Of a DNA stretch of 64,000 bases, positions 12,698-27,164 are shown one piece after another. Under the pieces are notes generated by a model. The model was not told the DNA's origin, did no database searches, and worked only from the letters and a program-made list of their open reading frames with translations. Source of the stretch: Octopus vulgaris (taxonomy: Eukaryota); the NCBI GenBank assembly GCA_951406725.2, contig OX597814.1, positions 160,394,001 to 160,458,000 on the forward strand, in the 5' to 3' direction. The position numbers and the translations under genes are program-made. The number at the start of each line of letters is the position of its first letter. The stretch's first letter is position 1.

Positions 12698-13985
12698 TAT
12701 GTTTCTTTATTAGCCACACAGGGCTGCACACAGATAGAACAAATTACAAGGTAGAGCTTTTCTTTTGAAGGTTTAAAAAAAAAAAAAAAGGAAGGGGGAG
12801 TTTCGATCAAAAGGGATCGTAAAAGGAGAGAAAGAGGACAAAAAAAAGGGGGGTTAAAAAAAAAAGGGAGAGAGGAAAGAAAAAAAAAAAATTGATCAAT
12901 AGGGATCGTTATCACAGAAATGTCAATATGAAGTGTAAAGGGGAGGACAGGTGAGGTTTACCCGTGGAAAGAAAAGCCTACGGAAAAGACCACGGTAACC
13001 TCGGTCAATGGAGTCACATGTTATATTTCTTCTTTTTTTTTTTTTTGCAAATAAGCAACTCTCTGTTTTCAATTTCTGGGTTCATAGGATCATGCTCAAG
13101 GTGGCTTCGTCATTCATACGTGCCATTCTTGCTACATTCACCCATCTTTTTTTAAAACATTCGCTAGACAAAACTTGCCTCTCTACTCTCACTTTCCTTT
13201 TCAAGTGGTACTTGAAGAAGTTGATGAGAGATTGACCAGAGAGGAAAGTGTTTGTCTCCAATCCTTTCAGACGCGTCCACCAGATACATTCTTTCGCCAT
13301 AGCCACAAGGATGATGAAAATAGCTCTTCCTTCCCGTTTGAAGGAGGGAGGCGTGACAATATTAACGATAGACTCAGCTGATAAACCGACTCGTCCCACA
13401 CGTGACAGCAGTTGTTCGACACAAGCCCACAGGTCGGAAATTGTTGGACACTGCACGAGTGCGTGCAGAACGGTTTCGTCGCTCTGACCGCATCTCGGGC
13501 AGGTCGGCCCCGTGTTTCTCGAGCCGTGTCTGTAGAGCTTATCCCGAACGGGTAGCGCTTCTCGGTAGCACTGCCAGGCCAGGGATCTCTGGAAGTTGTC
13601 CATGGGTCCTGGCCCGAAAGTCGTCCTGAACAGGCGGGTCAGGTACTCCTCGTCGACGTCCAGGTTCGCCCCGAGCTCGTCGTCGTACCTCCCCTCCACT
13701 AAACCCCTATAGAATGCTTTGGTTGTGTTGAAGTCACTCAAGGTCGACCCAGGACGGCAGAGTTGCTTGAGAGCAACGCGACACTCGCGGTGCCATTCGC
13801 CCTTCTTCGGCCTCTTTTTGATCCACGACTGCAGTTCGGTCATGGAGACGAGCTGCGGGAAAGCGTGCCTCACAAACGGCGACCACACCTGTTCACCGTC
13901 GTCTACATAGAGCCAGATATGTTGCAGTCTCAGCGCGTGTCTGCGCATCATCAACCACGGCATGCCCAGCCCTCCTTTTAACGGG
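12698..13985 (-). mobile_element. Young 5'-truncated L1/Tx1-clade LINE (ORF2 C-terminus 13082-13985 plus 3' UTR)
   Basis: About 300 stop-free codons: GGLGMP, then zf-RVT-like FQRSLAWQCYREALPVRDKL...CPRCGQSDETVLHALVQC; 3' UTR ends GTGTGGCTAATAAAGAAAC; GC-rich with CpGs intact. Confidence 0.9.
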
Positions 13986-14112
<127 letters not shown>

Positions 14113-14169
14113 CTACATGCATACATACATACACACATACATACATTCATACATACATACACACACACA

Positions 14170-14390
14170 GCATGTAGCTTATTGGTTAGTCTGTTGCTCT
14201 CACGATCGCTAGATCATGGGTTCGTTTCCCAGACAGTGCAGTGCGTTGTATTCTTGGGCAAAACACTTCATTTCACGTTGCTCAGTCATGCCAGTGGTGT
14301 AGCGTCATTCGAAGGCTAAAACGATACAAAGCGCACTGTGACTAGCAACGTATACTCTTATACTCTGGTTGATTTCATTATCAGATGATA
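14170..14390 (+). mobile_element. tRNA-derived SINE family C, degenerate
   Basis: GTAGCTTATTGGTTAG...CTCACGATCG...GGTTCGTTTCCC...TTGTATTCTTGGGCAAAACACTTCATTTCACGTTGCTC; head shared with 25462, 29218 and 34350. Confidence 0.75.
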
Positions 14391-14569
14391 TATATAACAT
14401 ACAGTAACAAAGTTTCGTACGCTCGTCACAGGAAACTGGCTTGTCAGGCTACGGCGACCAGATTCCAGTAATGAGCCTACAAAACAGTAATAAAATGCGT
14501 TCGCTACATACCAACACTCAACTGAGTCTTCCTAATCTACAGTAAGCTCGACTGTGCTTCCTCGACTCT

Positions 14570-14786
14570 CTCTTTACTCTTTTACTTCTTTCAGTCATTT
14601 GACTGCGGTCATGCTGGAACACCGCCTTTAGTCGAGCAAATCGACCCCAGGACTTATTCTTTGTAAGCCTAGTACTTATTCTATTGGTCTCTTTCGCCGA
14701 ACCGCTAATTTACGGGGACGTAAACACACCACCATTGGTTGTCAAGCGATGTTGGGGGGGACAAACACAAACAAACATATACACAA

Positions 14787-14823
<37 letters not shown>

Positions 14824-14982
14824 CAACGGGCTTCTTTCAGTTTCCGTCTACCAAATCCATTCACAAAATTTTGGCCGGTCCGAGGCTATAGTAGAAGACA
14901 CTCGCCCAAGGTGCTACGCAGAAGGACTGAACCCGGAAGCATGTAGTTGGTAAACAGGCTACTTACCACATACCCACTCCTG
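14570..14982 (-). mobile_element. SINE family A, full length
   Basis: Reverse complement match to 6241-6650. Confidence 0.9.
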
Positions 14983-15395
14983 TGGTAAGAAGTTTACTTT
15001 TCCCAACCACATCGTTCTTGGTTCAGTTCCAGTGTGCGGTATCTTGGGCAAGTGTCTTCTACTATAGTATCGGGCCGACCAAAGCCTTGGGAGTGGATTT
15101 GGTAGACGGAAACTGAAAGAAACCCGTCGCATATGTGTGTGTGTTTGTGTATGTGTGCGTGTGAATGTATATGTGCGCGCGCGTGTCTTCGTGTTTGTCC
15201 ACCACCGTTTGACGAACGGTGTTAGTGTGTTTACGTCACCGTAACTAAACGCTTCACTAAAAGGAACCGATAGAATAAGTAGCAGACTTTTAAAAGATTA
15301 AATACTGGAGTCGATTCATTTGACTAAAGATTTTTCAAGGAGGTGCTCCAGCATGACTGCAGTCTAATGACTGAAACAAATAAAAGATATAAGAT
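14982..15395 (+). mobile_element. SINE family A, near full length, head-to-head with the previous copy
   Basis: GTGGTAAGAAGTTTAC...GGTTCAGTTCC...CTTGGGCAAGTGTCTTCTACTATAG...AATGACTGAAACAAATAAAAG. Confidence 0.9.
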
Positions 15396-15799
15396 TAAAG
15401 ATTTAAATGATTAAGGAAGTAAATTTGAAGCAGACATATTTGATTGAACTTGTATAAATTCTTTCGTCCATTTTGAAATGAGAAATTGAGTTTTCAGGCT
15501 TAAAGAACCTATTTTTTAGCTTGTTTGTTGCTTTGGTAACGTGCGGCAGACATAACGTTAATGTATTCTGATAAAGTTACTTTCTATGGAAAACGACTGA
15601 TTGAAGAAGTTAGAACATTCCCACATAAGAAAGAGATAGGGAGAAAGAATGAAAAGTAAAAGAAGGAATGAAGAAAAGAGAAGAGAAAAAGAATAAAACA
15701 TATAGAGAAATAAAGAAAAAACAAAAAAGAAAAGAAAAGGAAAGGCTCCCTGAATAATCTAATATAAGGGAAAGAAACGAACCGAAGGAGGAGAAGAAA

Positions 15800-15839
<40 letters not shown>

Positions 15840-16745
15840 ATGAATGAAAACGAAAAAATGTCAGTTCCAAAACCAAAATAGGATAAAAATGTTTTCGGCT
15901 TAGCATTAAAGCATATTTTTTTTTAACATGGTCAAAGAGTTTGGAAAATGAAGTTAGGAAAGAAGATAGATTCGGAAATCGTAAAAGAGGCGTATATTTT
16001 TGATCAGAAGAAAATAACAATGAAAGCAAAAATATATAGGTTAGTTTTCGAGTTGAGGAATTGAACTGTATAATCAATCTAAGATATAAAGATCCAAAAC
16101 CTAAGGAGAAAATTGGGCAAACTTTCACAATCTTCGATTTCCTGAAAATCTTCATTTTCCATCAGTCTTCCATATTACCGAAAAATCTGATTACCATAGA
16201 CGTATAGGCATTTAAATATGAATAGGAACATCTGGTTGGTGTCATTACTAGTAAATAGAGTAGACGCCAAGATTTAAAACACAATATTTGAAATGTGGCC
16301 ATTACAAATACTGTCAGCTAAACTGAGAGCAATAGTTGGTTATGTCGGTATAAAGGAATAAAAAAAAGAACAAGATTTTAGAGTTATTTGTATAGTTAAC
16401 TTACTGTATATTACAAGACATTGTGTATAGATTCCACGTATTTTAGAAGACAACCGAGAAGAATATGCAACGCGGTCGCTCGATCAGCGAGTAATAGCAA
16501 CTAAATCTCCTTCAAATTGAGAGACAGAGAGAGAGAGAGAGAGATAGAGAGAGACAGAGAGAGACAGACAGAGACAGACAGACAGAGACAGACAGACAGA
16601 GACAGAGATAGACAGACAGAGATAGACAGACAGAGATAGACAGACAGAGAGTGTATATCTATCTATAGCTATATATATATATATGTATATGTATATGCAT
16701 GTATATACGCATATATACATATACACACATACACACACGCACACG

Positions 16746-16807
<62 letters not shown>

Positions 16808-16984
16808 CACACACACACAAATATATATACACATAGAATGCTTTGATAAGAAAGTATGTCTGATTATGCTTGACTTATGGCCTAACAACAGCTCAAACAT
16901 GTGTTTTCGTATATGCGTTTCTGTATCTATATATGTATTCTGTTTTAATTATTTAAAGTCTTCCTGTAAGGAAAGATCTGATTT

Positions 16985-17565
16985 CTAGAAAAGACACAAG
17001 TCCCGTTGTTGAAATGTAGATAAAACCCATGTCACGTGTCGAATTTGAGAAAAGTCTTGCATATTTTCATAGTTCCTTCTACAGATTGCGTTTGTAATGT
17101 GCGTGTTTGTTGGTTCATTTCTTTTACTGAAAACCCTAACTTTCCAGATTGTCACTTCGGTATTTGCGCACAAAACCAAGCTCGCCGATTATTATTGATA
17201 CAAATGTAAATTCATAATCTGAGTATAGAAGTTGGGAGTTTTTAAGCAGTTGTCCGTACTTATCCTCTTTAGCTTAGATTCTCCAATATATATTCATCTT
17301 AGTAGGGCTAGTGTTATCCCAAACAACAATATCCGATTATTATGTTTGCGCTGGTAGAGGTTTTAATGGAAATGTTCCACCAATATTTCTTGTATTGATG
17401 CTTAGGTATGCATTAAATAAATTCTCTATATATTTATTCTACGGACTGTCATTTTTTCAGATGGCATTGTATATAGTTTCAAGACGACGTCATGTCGCAT
17501 TGGGAGGTAATACCTTGGTTACATTTTTGAGCAGCCGCTAATCACATGAGTGATGTCACCCGGAG
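16985..17565 (-). pseudogene. Degenerate R4/Dong-like LINE 3' fragment
   Basis: Minus strand GDITHVISGCSKM*PRYYLPMRHDVV, then KYWWNISIKT and TMKICKTFLKF-like end; homologous to 52150-53030. Confidence 0.78.
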
Positions 17566-17577
17566 AAATGGGATATA

Positions 17578-17987
17578 TTCTCTTTTATTCTCTTTTATTC
17601 TCTTTTACTTGTTTCAGTCATTTGACTGCGGCCATGCTGGAGCACCGCCTTTAGTCGAGCAAATCGACCCCAGGACTTATTCTTTGTAAGCCCAGTACTT
17701 ATTCTATCGCACTCTTTTTTGCCGAACCGCTAAGTGACGGGAACGTAAACACACCAGCATCGGTTGTCAAGCAATGCTAGGGGGACAAACACAGACACAC
17801 AAACACACACACACATATATACATATATACGACAGGATTCTTTCAGTTTCCGTCTACCAAATCCACTCACAAGGCATTGGTCAGCCCGGGGCTATAGCAG
17901 AAGATACTTGCCCAAGATGCCACGCAGTGGGACTGAACCCGGAACCATGTGGTTGGTTAGCAAGCTACTTACCACACAGCCACTCCT
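17578..17987 (-). mobile_element. SINE family A, full length, little diverged
   Basis: Close reverse-complement match to 6241-6650 with short repeated tail (AAGAGAATAA). Confidence 0.92.
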
Positions 17988-18104
17988 AAATTTTTGGTTG
18001 AATTTGGAGCTCCAAGATCATCACTGTCTCATTTGTCCATTTCTTATTTTGAATCAATTTCCTGCTCTTGGATTACAAATCCATAACCTAGAATGTATGT
18101 TTTA

Positions 18105-18346
18105 TCTTTTATCGTTTACTTGTTTCAGTCATTAGACTGTGGCCATGCTGGAGCACCGTTTTGAAAAAAAATTTTAGTTGAATATATCGACCCCAGGATG
18201 TATGTTTTAAAGCCTGGTACTTATTCTATCGATTCCTGTTGCCAAACCACTGTGTAACGGGGACATAGACACACCAGCACTGGTTGTTAAGTATGTAACT
18301 CCCAATAAATGCGTTAAGTGCCATTCTTTCGTTTGTCTACTCACTC

Positions 18347-18387
<41 letters not shown>

Positions 18388-18414
18388 CATACATACATAC
18401 ATACATACATACAT

Positions 18415-18499
<85 letters not shown>

Positions 18500-19170
18500 T
18501 CTTTATATATATCCTTCATTCTCATCACTTTCCCTCCTCTTTCACCTCCCTTGTACCTTACTCTGTCCCTTTTCTTTCTTTTTCTCTCTTTCTCGTCTCT
18601 CCCTAATTCTTCAATCTCTCTGTCCCCTATCTCTCTGGCCTTTCTTGGTTCGGCTGCCATCTGTGTAGCATCTCTTACATTCCTTCCCATGACTTTCATC
18701 TCTTATGTCCCTGCCGTAAGGCTTCACTTCTACACACGCCAGTTTAATTTAATTCGTCCTTAGTCGAAAGACGCCTGTTGTTAATGTCTTGTTTATATTT
18801 GTAATTGTGTACCATCTATCCGTTTTTTTTTCGTCCTTGTTTTCGTATACATTAGCTTGCTTTCTTCCAAAGAATCTAATGCTCTTAGCTTAGATTTTCT
18901 TGGGGCCGGCAAAATTGGAGCATTCTCGAGTGTAACCAGCCGAAACTGCAGAGATGATCTGGAACTCGACTGACGATAGAAAGCCCAGAATTACCCGTTC
19001 TTACTTTTTTCCCGTCTTTCTTTGTATCGTCTAACTGTCCGTATGTTTTGCTGTCGCCTGTTACCTTCTTGTTCCATTTTATATATATATATATATATAT
19101 ACATACATACATACATATAGCGGCGTACGTACACTTTTGGTCTCATATACATATATATATATATATATAT

Positions 19171-19231
<61 letters not shown>

Positions 19232-19390
19232 CATTTATACACACATACATATATGACATACTTGTTTCAGTTTCCGTCTACCAAATTCACTCACATGTCG
19301 TTGGTCGGCCCGGTGCTATAGTAGTAGAAGAACCCGGAACCATGTGGTTGGGGAACAAGCTTCTTACCACAGAGCTACACCTGCGCCTGT
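18105..19390 (-). mobile_element. SINE family A halves separated by about 1 kb of microsatellite and an unrelated short element
   Basis: 3' half at 18105-18290, 5' half at 19255-19390, same orientation and correct order; unrelated sequence at about 18500-19080 lies between TA tracts. Confidence 0.6.
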
Positions 19391-19672
19391 ACGCATATAT
19401 ATATGTATGTCTGTTTGTATGTGTGTATATATATTTGTCTGTTTGTCAGCCTGTATGCATGTATGTATGTATGCATTATGTATGTATGTACGTATGTGTG
19501 AATGTATGAATGCATGCATATATGTGAGAGTATGTAGCTATGTATGTAAGCATGTATGTGTGTATGTAAGCTTGTATGTATGTATGTGCGCATATGTATG
19601 TATGTATGTATGTATGAATGTATGTATGTATGTATGTATGTATGTATGTATGTATGTATGTATGTATGTATG

Positions 19673-19705
<33 letters not shown>

Positions 19706-20613
19706 CGGAGTCTCTGTCGACAGTGCTATAAACATACCCAGGATGAATAAATAAGTCCGAAAAACAGATATGGTAATGCCATGATATATCCGACTGAAAA
19801 ATTTCACAGTGACTCACAGTTACCGTTTCCTTGCAAAATGTTAAATCAGTCTTTTTTTATTTATTTATTCTTTTATTGTGTTATGGATTTCCTTTCAACA
19901 AGTTGCAAATTTAGTTGCTGGTTTCAAATTATATCTTTGAATGAGAGAGGGTTGTATATACATAATCAATCGATTAAAACCTTGTAAATATTCGAATTTC
20001 AAAAGAAATATTGGTACCGCCATAGAAAATCATCAATAACAAATAAGAGACCATTAAGTTTTACAGTATCATCAATATTATTGATTAAACCAAAAACAAA
20101 ATTGTGATATGAATCTCCTTTTTGCTTTTCTTTTTTTATTTTTTATTTTATTTTTTTGTTTTGTTCAATATTTTAGCGCTAAGAAAGTTTGTCTGTCTTA
20201 CAGTCTAAATATTATTAAATGTCTTTCCAGAAGATGCGTAAAATACGAATAATGGATGTGCCAGTGACGTTACGTCCCATATAATACGGCCTATAAATGA
20301 TATATCATTATATATTTTATTTTTGAGATCTATAGCGGTTGAATAAATATTGGAATATGTTTGGCAATATATCAGCGAGGGACAAATAGTTGGTACTAAC
20401 AGAATAGTGCTCTATTCTAAGTTCCGGATTAAAAAAGCTGAAGTTTTTACATATATATATATATAATATATATATATATAACACTTGGCTACATTTATAA
20501 AAAAAAAGTTGTATTCGTTCTCTTGATACGCACATACATATTAATGATTGTTTTCTATGTGTGTGTGTGTGTATACACATACATACATACATACATATAT
20601 ATATATATGATTA

Positions 20614-21505
20614 CTAGCTGACGTAGCCGGTAATTCGCGGGGAAGCGGGGCTTATCCCTTGGTTCCGTTCTCATAATTGTTTCGCTAATCCAATAGCAAC
20701 AATACAAAGTATGTAGCCCTTAAAACGGTTTTTGTGCATTTACAGGGAATACCGAACTGTCTTACACAGGGTCTTGTTTTTAGGAATTCCCCATAAGTTA
20801 TGAATACCCAAATTGTGGAGTCAATTATGTAATAACAGGAAATTAGTTACCCGATAGTAAGAATTCAACTAAAGTAGCCCCGAAAATGGTTTTAATGCGT
20901 TCCTAGAGTATATAGAATATAGGAGGAAATACTAATAAGGTATGTTTACTAAAATCGAGAAGCTTGTTATGTAATAACAGGTTAATCAGATATGAGATAA
21001 CAATTCAAGGTAAATAACTCTGAAAAGGGCTTTCGTGCGTTCCCAGAGAATATAGCACCAGGGGCTCTAGTGTTGGTATATTCGTGAATAAGTCACTAAC
21101 GGAAATAAGTGGATCTATTGTTTAGGAAAATACTATTTACTTGTTTAAGGGTTGTACTGGAAAAATTACGAAAATAACTCTAACAGTTCAAATACAAAGG
21201 AATAAGCGTACTCAATTTGATTTATAGCAAATAATTTAGAAAATCGCTATGTATAAGGACCCCTTCCAGGGGCGAATGGATTATTTCCCTTGGATTTTAA
21301 AATAAAATATATTAGATATATATAAGGATCCTTCCAGGAACCCTATTATCGATTTTTTCAACAATCTGAGTATGCCATGAGGTTTCCAGATATGAGTTCT
21401 ACTCACGTATCAAATTTCATCAAAATCGATAAAACAATGTAAGAGGAGTTAGCTAACAACTCCACAAACACATCCACAGACAGAATTTCCCACAAATGTA
21501 GTAGA
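20614..21505 (-). mobile_element. Non-autonomous Helitron
   Basis: Minus strand begins A|TCTACTAC...CTGTCTGT...CGATTTTGATGAAATTTG and ends CCGCGAATTACCGG-CTACGTCAG-CTAG|T; A/T insertion site, no TSD; three diverged internal repeats near 20720, 20880 and 21020. Confidence 0.75.
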
Positions 21506-21602
21506 TTATTGGGATGTAGATTGCCTATATTATGTGTACTAGGGGTTTATAGTGTCTGTCAAATCACAAGAAGGACCTCAGACAGAGAGTACTTTACGTA
21601 GT

Positions 21603-22586
<984 letters not shown>

Positions 22587-22637
22587 ATTATTGTTATTAT
22601 TATTATTATTATTATTGTTATTATTATTATTATTATT

Positions 22638-24616
22638 CTATGTTTGACTTTTGCTTTATATTTGTACAAGTTGGCTCCAAGTCTCACCCAGAGACCTCAA
22701 GAGACAACAGGGTTGGAAGTTCATGTTGTTGTTATGCCTAGTGTGCCATATATTTGGGGGGTGGGGATGTTGTACTAATGAATGTCTAAAAAATAAAAAA
22801 AAAAAAGGGTTTTTTTTTTTTTGGTTTTTTTTTTTAAACCGAAAATTATGTTTGTTTTAAACCTTGAGATTACATAGAGAGTATTTTGCGTAGGATATGA
22901 GCAGTTCCCATGAGCACTATCTTTTGAACTTCTGCCATTTTTGGGTTTCCTGGTATCTGAGTTAGGTAGCTATCAGCCCCTTTTGCTATCATTCCCAGGG
23001 CACCTATGACAACAGGTATTGTTTTAGTCTTCAGCTTCCACATTTTGCTGATTTCTATTTCAAGATCTTTATATTTGCTCAGTTTTTGGTAGGTCTTGAC
23101 AGATACGTTTATATCGATTGGGACAGTCATATCAATGAGGAGGCATGTTCTTTGTTTGAAGTTTTTCAATATGATGTCTGGCCTATTTGCATCTATCTTC
23201 CTGTCAGTTTGAATGGTGAAGTTCCAGAGGAGTGAGATGTGGTCATTTTCAAGCACTGGGGGTGGTTTGTGTTCCCACCAGTTTTTTTCATGGGGCAAAT
23301 CCAGGTTTTTACAGATTACCCAGTGAATATATTGTGCAGCTCTATCGTGCCTGTTGAGATACTCTGTAGGCGCTAGAAGACTGCACTTGGAGACCACATG
23401 GTCAATGGTTTCATTTTGTTGCTTGCATACACGACACGTTGGACTGCTTCTGATCTTTAATATGTTGGCCTGGTAGTTTCTTGTTGGTAGGCATTGATCT
23501 TGAGCTGCTATGATAAACCCCTCTGTTTCAGATTTTAAGCCAGAGGCCATTAGCCATTGATGGGTCAGGGCTTTGTCGATATCTGCATTATTCGCTCTCT
23601 TTGGGTATTTGCCATAGAGAGGTTTTTCTTGCCATTTATTATTCAGAATATCTAAGGCCGCAGTTTTGGCACGGGTTTTCATGCGCCTAGCTTTTTCTGT
23701 GCTTGTTTCTTGTATATCTATCTCCGAAATTGGTTGTATTCGGAATTCACTTAGATATTCCTTTGCCTGTTTTGTGACTGAGTATGATGCTTTCTTGTTT
23801 TCATGTTTTGAGACAAGTTTTAGCATCCAGTCCTCAGAGTTTTTCAGGTAGGTGTCTAGGCCAATTGTAGCAATCTTCATTGTTATTGCCAGTTGCAAAA
23901 GACCACGGCCTCCCTCTTTTCTTGGCAGATAGAGTCGTTCTGTATCTGCCTTAGGGTGGTGCATTCTATGCATTGTCAACAGTTTCCTTATTTTTCTGTC
24001 GAGCTGACATATTTCAGTAATTGACCAGTTAACAATATTGAAACTGTAAGTCACGACTGGTATAGCTAATGCATTGATTGCTTCGATCCTGTTTCTTGCA
24101 TTCAGCTCTGTCTTGAGTATTGCTCTCACTCTTCGATAGCATTCTCTCCTGATCCTTTCCTTCATCTCTGAATGCCTTATTCCGTTCCCTTCAATTATCC
24201 CTAGGTACTTGTAGCTCTCCGCTGGGTCTAGTTCTTTTATGACATTCTGTTGGTCAAGGTTAACGTTAGATGTTTCTGTCATTTTTCCTTTGATAAAGGT
24301 AGCCTTTGCACATTTATCGAGGCCGAATTGCATTCTGATGTCGTCACTGAATTGTTTGACTATCGCTAGTAAGCCCTTGAGTTGTTGATCATTTTTTGCA
24401 AAAAGCTTTAAATCATCCATGTAAACGAGATGATTTATATTTTTATCAAACATTTTATACCCGTACTGCGCGTCATTGAGCAGCTTTGAGAGAGGTATTA
24501 AGGATAAACAAAAGAGGAGTGGTGACAGTGAGTCACCCTGGAAAATGCCACACGAAATTTTTACATCACCAGCATTTAGGAATTCACTGTCACTGTTCAG
24601 AGTTAGTGTGGTTCTC

Positions 24617-24618
<2 letters not shown>
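22638..24618 (-). mobile_element. Young 5'-truncated R4/Dong-clade non-LTR retrotransposon in a (TAA)n array
   Basis: Uninterrupted ORF plus 232-bp 3' UTR ending AAGTCAAACATAG-(AAT)n; TAA arrays at 22587-22637 and 24619-24672. Confidence 0.93.
22870..24618 (-). CDS. 5'-truncated polyprotein: RT C-terminal half, CCHC zinc knuckle, restriction-like endonuclease
   Basis: Frame stays open 55 codons upstream of the listed start (WRTTLTL...[13 protein letters not shown]); [22 protein letters not shown]...HVVSKC, RHD, RPDII...LIDM, KLSKY; no native start codon. Confidence 0.9.
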
Positions 24619-24787
<169 letters not shown>

Positions 24788-25329
24788 AAGCCAAACATTG
24801 AATTGACGTATCACTGTAGAGTAGAGTATTTATTTTTACAAGAAAAAAGTTTGGCAGTTAACTGCAGCGTAGCAAGAGATAGGAAAGGGGAGGTCCACCC
24901 AAGGTGAAAGTTTTATGGGGCTGGCACTTCTGGGTCTGCTGTATAAGTCTATATACGGTCAGTCGTCCGGGAGCTCAAATGGTCCGCAAACTCAAAGGCT
25001 GTCCCCGGCGGCGTACACTGTCAGTTACTTCAAAGTTTAGGTTTAGTAGTCATCCTCAGGCATATATACATATCATTTGAGGAATTTTCAATTTATTCCT
25101 ATGACAATAATTGTAAGAATATATTGAAGTGACAAATATATATGTTGTACCAACATAATATTGTTGGATATGTTAAAGTGAAGTACAGAAACTTGAACAA
25201 CACACCAATATAATGAGAAGTTCTTTCATATATTTTCATAAACCTAATTGGTCTATCCAAGAGTGTTACATCGCTAAACTTAGAGGTTATTTAAGTAATG
25301 TATTCGTGCATAGCTAATGAGTTGGTTGT

Positions 25330-25374
25330 GACACTGAAGAAGGAACAATAACTCTTGAAATATGCATATACGTT
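25330..25374 (+). ncRNA. Minimal hammerhead fold, canonical core, weakened stem I
   Basis: GACA-CTGAAGA-AGGA-acaataac-TCTT-GAAA-TATGCATA-TA-CGTT; palindromic stem III ATATGCATAT; first stem I pair is an A-C mismatch. Confidence 0.55.
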
Positions 25375-25431
25375 CCTTACATCAACACAGGTTATCAAGT
25401 GGTGACAGTGGTGGTGGACAAACACAGACAA

Positions 25432-25461
<30 letters not shown>

Positions 25462-25464
<3 letters not shown>

Positions 25465-25790
25465 GCTCAGTGGCTAGAGTATCAGGCTTGCAATCATGAG
25501 ATTTTGAGCTCGATTCCCGGACTGGGTTGTGTGTTATGTTCTTAAGCAAGATCCTTTATTTCACGTTGTTTCACTTCACACATCTGTGGAAAGGAGTTGC
25601 AACGTCACTGGTACCTAGCTCTATCGGCCATGATCTTTCCCTTGGGTAACATCGATGCCGTAGAGAGGAGAAGCTGGTATGCATGGGTGACTGCTGGTCT
25701 TCCACAAACAACCTTGCCCAGACTTGTGCCCCGGAGGGGAACTTTCTAGGTGCAATCCCATGATCACGTGTGACCGATGGGCGTTTTTAC
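25462..25790 (+). mobile_element. tRNA-derived SINE, family C-type head
   Basis: ATGGCTCAGTGGCTAGAG...GCTCGATTCCCGG...TTATGTTCTTAAGCAAGAT...TTTCACGTTG; distinct 3' body. Confidence 0.8.
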
Positions 25791-26619
25791 ATTAACTGAA
25801 GGGCCACTCAAAACATACAAATAGGGTATCACGTTTATTTTTTACAAGGAAAAAGTTAAACAATGACTTCGTAGATTTACCAATCATTGGCTTCGTGAGG
25901 CTATTAAATTGAAGCTATTTTGGTGAGTCTTGTGCGTGGGCCTTTTGGTTGTTATATAGGTACTGTTTAATAGTGTACTTCTGTGACATAAAACAGAACA
26001 GCTCTATGGACTGTTTAAGTGAGTGATTAATAAGATAATTCATATAATTAAGTTATTGTATGTTAATATATTAAGTTAAAGCTAAGACGTTTCAGTAAAA
26101 GCACATAGAAAGGCGATGTGGGTGAGGAAGAAGATGGAGGATGAGGAAGAAGAGGAGGCACTGAATGAATGAGCTTTAGGTCAAAAACACTTAACCTGTG
26201 ACTATTTCGTTTTGTATTCAGGAATAGTTTACCTCACGTTCCATTATCCAATGTTTCATTTGGGCATGAGGGGATGCATGGTATAGTGTTAGGAAGATTT
26301 GACTACTATTTATAGCGGACCGAAGGACCATGTAAAAACCATCTTGGATGGCGTACAATTTTTATATGATTCTCTTATAACAAATATCTGAAATTTGAAG
26401 ACGAGTGCCTTTTTTCAAACCGGAAGTTGGGAACACTGAGACTAAATTAGGTTCATATAACTGAACTTACACCCTTACACACTGATGGATAACAGATATA
26501 CCCTTGTTCTGACCAAGACTTCACAATATTATGGTGTAGATCCATTTAGTCTCCCTTAGCTAAGGACTTGAATAATTGTTTATGTTTTGGTCGTTACTGC
26601 TGTGGCTGTTGTTTATTTA

Positions 26620-26820
26620 GTTGTTATTTGCCTTAGGTCAATCTTGATCTAGCAGATGAAATGTATTCCAGTCATGGCCATCCCGTATTTTTTCAAGCTT
26701 CTATGACTAAATTTTCCAAGGTGTATCTCTTTTTTTTAAGAAGTAGAAGGGGATATAAGAAACATTTAGCTGTTATTTTTAGCCGATCGATCAACAATGT
26801 ACAGGCTTTCTTCATGACTC
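26620..26820 (+). repeat. Old dispersed repeat family, unclassified
   Basis: GGTCAATCTTGATCTAGCAGA...TTCCAGTCATGGCCATCCCGT...TTTAGCTGTTATTTTTAGC; related pieces near 2970-3090, 9860-10110, 16450-16515, 26230-26335 and 60870-61290. Confidence 0.55.
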
Positions 26821-27164
26821 ATTGCGACGGTAATGGAATGTTAAATGATTTTACATTGACGAAGGAGTAGAAGCGATCATGATTGTAAATTACTGACGAA
26901 ATCGTTTAGTCCATAAAAAGGGTCGATAACGAGATAAGGGGGAAAATCTATAAATCTATAGTCATTCGGTGTTCAGCTAAGTAAAATCAATACGAAATAT
27001 TATAGCAACAAAGTTATAATTTTAAATGATTAGAGTGATAGAGATATCTTTAAAAGTTTAAAGACCGCCATAATAAGAACATAGTGATGGTGTAATGGAG
27101 ATTATGTTATGTTTTATGGTATAAATTTATGTATGTTTTGCTATATTATAAAACAATGTTTATT

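Noticed and set aside
18900-19000. Permuted hammerhead suggested by GAAACTGCAG followed by CTGACGA (similar words on the minus strand at 4620-4720)
   Set aside because: No UH cleavage triplet or consistent stems could be assembled
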